From Octopus bimaculoides (taxonomy: Eukaryota): 53,960 nt of DNA. The first letter of the stretch is position 1; each line of letters starts with the position of its first letter. The translations under genes and the position numbers were made by a program. This document shows, in pieces, positions 49,917 to 53,960 of this stretch. The notes beneath the pieces are model-generated. The model did not search any database. It saw only the letters and a list, made by a program, of their open reading frames with translations, and had not been told where the DNA came from. The stretch spans positions 30,858,679 to 30,912,638 of the forward strand of contig NC_069004.1 in NCBI RefSeq assembly GCF_001194135.2, in the 5' to 3' direction.

Positions 49917-50194
49917 TTAATAATCTAAAACTTTAGAAAACCTTGACATTTTAAAGGATAAAACCAAGGAAACATTGACATTTTAGCGTGAACTATAAAG
50001 AACAAGTCATCTGAGAAGAAAATTCCAACAGAGACAGCCATCTTAATTCATGGTAGCGACAGGCGAGTGTTTTAAGATCTAAACCTTCACAAGGACATAA
50101 ATGGTCGAAAATAAAAAAACAATTCAGTCATTTTCGTTTCGTAATCTTAATCCTTTTGATATCAAAGTCACTGGAAATGACTTCCCCTTCGTCA

Positions 50195-50610
50195 TCATCA
50201 AATTCTTTTACTTGTATCAGTCATTTGACTGTGACCATACTGGAGCACCACCTTTTAGTCGGAGAAATCGACCCCAGGACTTATTCTTTGTAAGCCTGGT
50301 ACTTATTCTGTTGGTCTCTTTTGCCGATCCACTAAGTTACAGAGATGTAAACACACCAACATCGGTTGTCAAGCGACGGTGGCGGCAACAAACACGGTCA
50401 TAAAAGCACACACATAAATATACATACATACATATATTTATATATATATACACAACAAGCTTCTTTTCAGTTTCCATCTACCAAATCCACTCACAAGGCT
50501 CTGATTGGCCTGAGGCTATAGTAGAAGACACTTGCCCAAGGTGCCTCGCAGTGGGACTGAACCCGGAACCATGTGGTTGGGAAACAAACTCCTTACACAC
50601 AAAGCCACAT
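50195..50610 (-). mobile_element. S1 SINE, full length
   Basis: All S1 blocks in reverse. Confidence 0.9.
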
Positions 50611-50889
50611 CCACTTTTCCATGGTTGCATAGGTTGGACAGAATTTGCAGCAGATTTCCTATGGCTGGATGCCTTTCCTGTCATCAACTCTCATCTGTTT
50701 TCCAAACAAGGTAAAGATTCCTGCATGTCCAGCCGTGTTTTCCCAGGATATTGTTTTTCAAATTCTGACACAAAGCCAATAAGTTCAGGAGATGGGGTTA
50801 CTTTGAATACATCATCCCCAGTGCTTAGCTGGTTCTTATTTTATTCCCACCCTCCCACAGCAGCCCAAAAAAGTTTGGGAGCCACTAGC

Positions 50890-51200
50890 TTAGACGGTTT
50901 AACTGGAACTGGTAAGCCAGATAGCTGCACCTGGTTCCAGTTTGATTTGGCATGGTTTCTACAGCTGGATGCCCTTCCTAATGCCAACCACTCCAAGAGT
51001 GTAATGGGTGCTTTTTACATGTCATTTACATAACACTGGCAATGGCCACTACTACAATTTCACTTGGCTTGACGAGTCTTCTCAAGCACCAAAGGTCTCA
51101 GTCACTTATCATCAACTCCAAGAGGCCCGACATTTGAAGATCATGCTTCACCATCTCATCTCATGTGTTCCTGGGTCTACCTCTCCCACTGGTTCCCTCC
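50890..51200 (-). mobile_element. S4 SINE
   Basis: Reverse S4 blocks (GGCTGGATGCCCTTCCTAATGCCAACC..GGGTCTACCTCT). Confidence 0.75.
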
Positions 51201-51295
51201 TATAATAGCATAATATATTGAAGGTACAGTTCTATATTTAAGAGATGTACTTTATTTACATTTGACGGATATTTGTCCTCATCTTGTTTGTTATT

Positions 51296-51341
51296 AACAC
51301 AACGTTTTGGCTGATATACCCTCCAGCCTTCTTCAGGTGTC
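51296..51341 (-). ncRNA. Minimal hammerhead motif, probably inactivated (G12A)
   Basis: GACAC-CTGAAGA-A-GGCTG..CAGCC-AAAA-CGTT-GTGTT; GAAA reads AAAA. Confidence 0.6.
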
Positions 51342-51659
51342 TTGGGGAAATTTCGAACCTGGGTTCTCATTCCTAAGGTATTTTTTTTATGTTGTTGTTA
51401 TTATTATTATTATTATTATCATTATTATTATTATTATTAGTAGTATTTAGGTCACTGCCTGGAATCGAACTTGGAATCTTGGGGTTAGTAGCCCACGCTC
51501 TTAACCACTACGCCCCACGGGCTTATGGCGTAGTGGTTAAGAGCACGGGCTACTATCCCCAAGATTCCGAGTTCGATTCCAGACAGTGACCTTAATAATA
51601 ATAATAATAACATTGAAAAATATCTTAGGAATGAGAACCCAGGCTCGAAATTTCCCCAA

Positions 51660-51705
51660 GACACCTGATGAAGGCTGGGGGGTATATCAGCTGAAACGTT
51701 GTGTT
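51660..51705 (+). ncRNA. Minimal type-I hammerhead motif
   Basis: GACAC-CTGATGA-A-GGCTG..CAGCT-GAAA-CGTT-GTGTT; stem I GACAC/GTGTT; palindromic AACGTT stem III; predicted cleavage after GUU at 51700. Confidence 0.7.
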
Positions 51706-52289
51706 AACAACAAACAAGATGAGGAGAAATATCCGTCAAATGTAAATAATGCAAATAATATATTGAAGTCCTGAGTCAATCTGCATAACCTGCAAGAGAT
51801 TATGGTAGGAAAGAATAGGGAGACTTGAAGATCTTGTTTTCCAACTGCCAGGAGCATGAACGCCCAAGACAGCAGCAGAATAATAGCTGTCACCAGATAG
51901 ATATCACCCAAGAAGACATGGCACACAAAACCTGGAGGGTTGGATAGGTTTTGCTGCTCAGTATATGGGCCAACTCTACAGGAGGCACTAAGATCATTTT
52001 CCAGGTTTTTTTTTTTTGTTTTGTGGTTTGCACTGTGAAGGATAAAGTAGAAAAAAGACCCAAGGTGCTATGAAAAGGAATTGAACCTGAAACCATATGG
52101 TTGGGAAGGAAACTTCTTAACTTCACAGCCATGCTTGGACCTATAGATAGATAGATAGATTGATTGATTGATAAATAGACAGATAGATAGATAAATAGAT
52201 AGATAGACACAGATAGATGGATAGACAGACAGGTAGACAGAATGAGTGGATGGATGGACACAAAGTTGGATAGATATATTCATGAATAT

Positions 52290-53121
52290 TTTAATACATA
52301 AATATTTAGAGAGAGAGAGGAGTTTACAGAGGAAGAAGAAGAAGAAATAGCAAATAGTGATAATGGAGAATCTGACCTTATGTGTTGAAGAGGAGGAGTG
52401 AACAGAAAATCTAATTTTGAGGATGTGTGTGTGTGTGTGTGTCAGAGAGAGAGAGAAGGAGGAGATATAGTGAAGTGTGAAAGAGAGTTACTGAGGCAGA
52501 GGGAGAAAAGAAACATCGTAAAGTAAGAGAGAGAAATTGAAAGGCAGGGGGGGGGGCATAGTTAAGTGAGATATATATATATATATATAGAGAAAGAGAA
52601 AGAACAAGGGAGTAGTAGGTAAAGAGATAGTAAGGCAAATGTGAGAGAGAGACAGACAGACAGGAATATAATATAGTGCAAAAGAGAGAAACAGAGATAT
52701 TGAGAGAGAAACAGAGATATTGAGAGAGAAACAGAGATAGGATGAAGGAGAGAGAAAGAGGGAGAGAGATGTAGAGAAAAGAGACAAAGACAAGAGTGAG
52801 AGAGAGAGAGAAGCTGGTGAATTGTTTAAGTATGGAGCAATTAAAGAGAAAGAGAGAGAGAGAAAACGAGAAAGAGAGAGAAAGAGAGAGAAGAATGGTT
52901 TACCAAAACCACACAAAAGAACCGACAATTCAAAAGTGACACAAAAGAGAATAAGGAAAATATACAGATTGCATTCTGGATTCCGATAACAGAATATTAT
53001 CTCAACTTCTCTCTTTCCCTTTCCCTCCACCCCCTCTCTCTCTCTTTCTATCTATCAACTCTCTCTATCTCTACCTCTCACTCTATCAGTTTGTCCATTT
53101 ATCTATCTATCTATCTATCTA

Positions 53122-53166
<45 letters not shown>

Positions 53167-53960
53167 CTATCTATATCTATATATATATATATATTTATCT
53201 ATTTATCTATCTATCTGTTTCTTCTCTCTTTGTCTTTTCCTCACTCTCTCCTCTCTTTCCTTCTCTCATTTCCTCTCTCTCTCTCTCTCTTGATCTCTCT
53301 CTTCTTTTCTCTTGCTTTCTTTTTCTTCCTGTCTCTCACCTTTCTCTATCTTTTACTCTCATTCTTCCTCTTTTCTCTTTCTCCCTCTCCTTCTTCTCTG
53401 TCTATTTCCCAGTCTCTCTCTCTCACTCTCCTACTTTCCTCCACTCTCACTCATTCCCCCCCCTCTCTCTCTCTCATCCTCAACATTCTATTCACTATTG
53501 TCTATATCTCAATGCATTCATCTTCACATTTTTATTTTCCAGGACATACATTTACATGTATATATAAGTATGTATATATATGTAAACATTCATGTGTGAG
53601 TGCACACACCTCTATACACACACATACGTACACACATGCATACATAAATAAATAAATACATACATATATACACACACACATACATACACATACATACACA
53701 CATGCATACATGAATACATAAATACATACATATATACACACACACACTTGTACACACACATGTACACACACATACATGTATACATAAATGCATAAATACA
53801 TACATTTACACGCACACATACACACACACACATGGACATACATAACATATATGCATACATACATACTTGCATAGACACACACAAATACATAAACATACAC
53901 ACACACACACACACACAAACAAACACTTTTCTCATGTTTTAATTCTCTTCTTTTTGATCA
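52290..53960. repeat. Purine-rich (GA) tract switching near 53000 to pyrimidine-rich (CT), then a CA/TA microsatellite tract
   Basis: Read directly; includes 3 x GAGAGAAACAGAGATA(TT) at about 52685-52740. Confidence 0.85.

Larger units (their letters stand above)
51224..51754. mobile_element. Head-to-head palindromic dimer of a tRNA-headed, hammerhead-bearing SINE with a 14-bp TSD
   Basis: Left unit 51224-51514 (-), right unit 51527-51754 (+), 12-nt spacer; ATAATATATTGAAG at 51210-51223 and 51755-51768. Confidence 0.9.

Noticed and set aside
177-53935. Most ORFs in the six-frame track (YIYI, THTH, CVCV, LSLS runs and X-filled ORFs)
   Set aside because: They are translations of dinucleotide microsatellites or read through N gaps; no protein motifs.

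Overview
AT-rich eukaryotic non-coding DNA from a draft assembly, with 14 N-gaps (about 5.6 kb) that mostly abut microsatellites. The repeat families look like those of an octopus genome; this is my inference from repeat recognition, not a database result. No complete protein-coding gene, rRNA, true tRNA or CRISPR array is supported, and most of the ORF track consists of microsatellite or gap artefacts. The window is dominated by: (i) at least four tRNA-derived or RTE-tailed SINE families (working names S1-S4); (ii) TTAA-flanked piggyBac-type MITEs nested at one recurrent internal TTAA, plus mariner- and hAT-type MITEs; (iii) fossil coding fragments of a Chapaev3 (CMC) DNA transposon and of CR1-type, RTE-type and Penelope-type retroelements; (iv) simple and minisatellite repeats; and (v) two or three weak candidate minus-strand exons. 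The most interesting signal is a set of minimal type-I hammerhead ribozyme (HHR) motifs in unrelated small elements. The best case is a 531-bp head-to-head palindrome of two tRNA-headed, HHR-bearing SINE units inserted as one piece with a 14-bp target-site duplication (51224-51754). There is also a 281-bp foldback element with an intact HHR core (19054-19334) and an A3-U8 variant HHR just upstream of a Penelope RT fragment (43181-43626). Together they suggest a family of non-autonomous ribozyme retroelements mobilised by Penelope-like elements.
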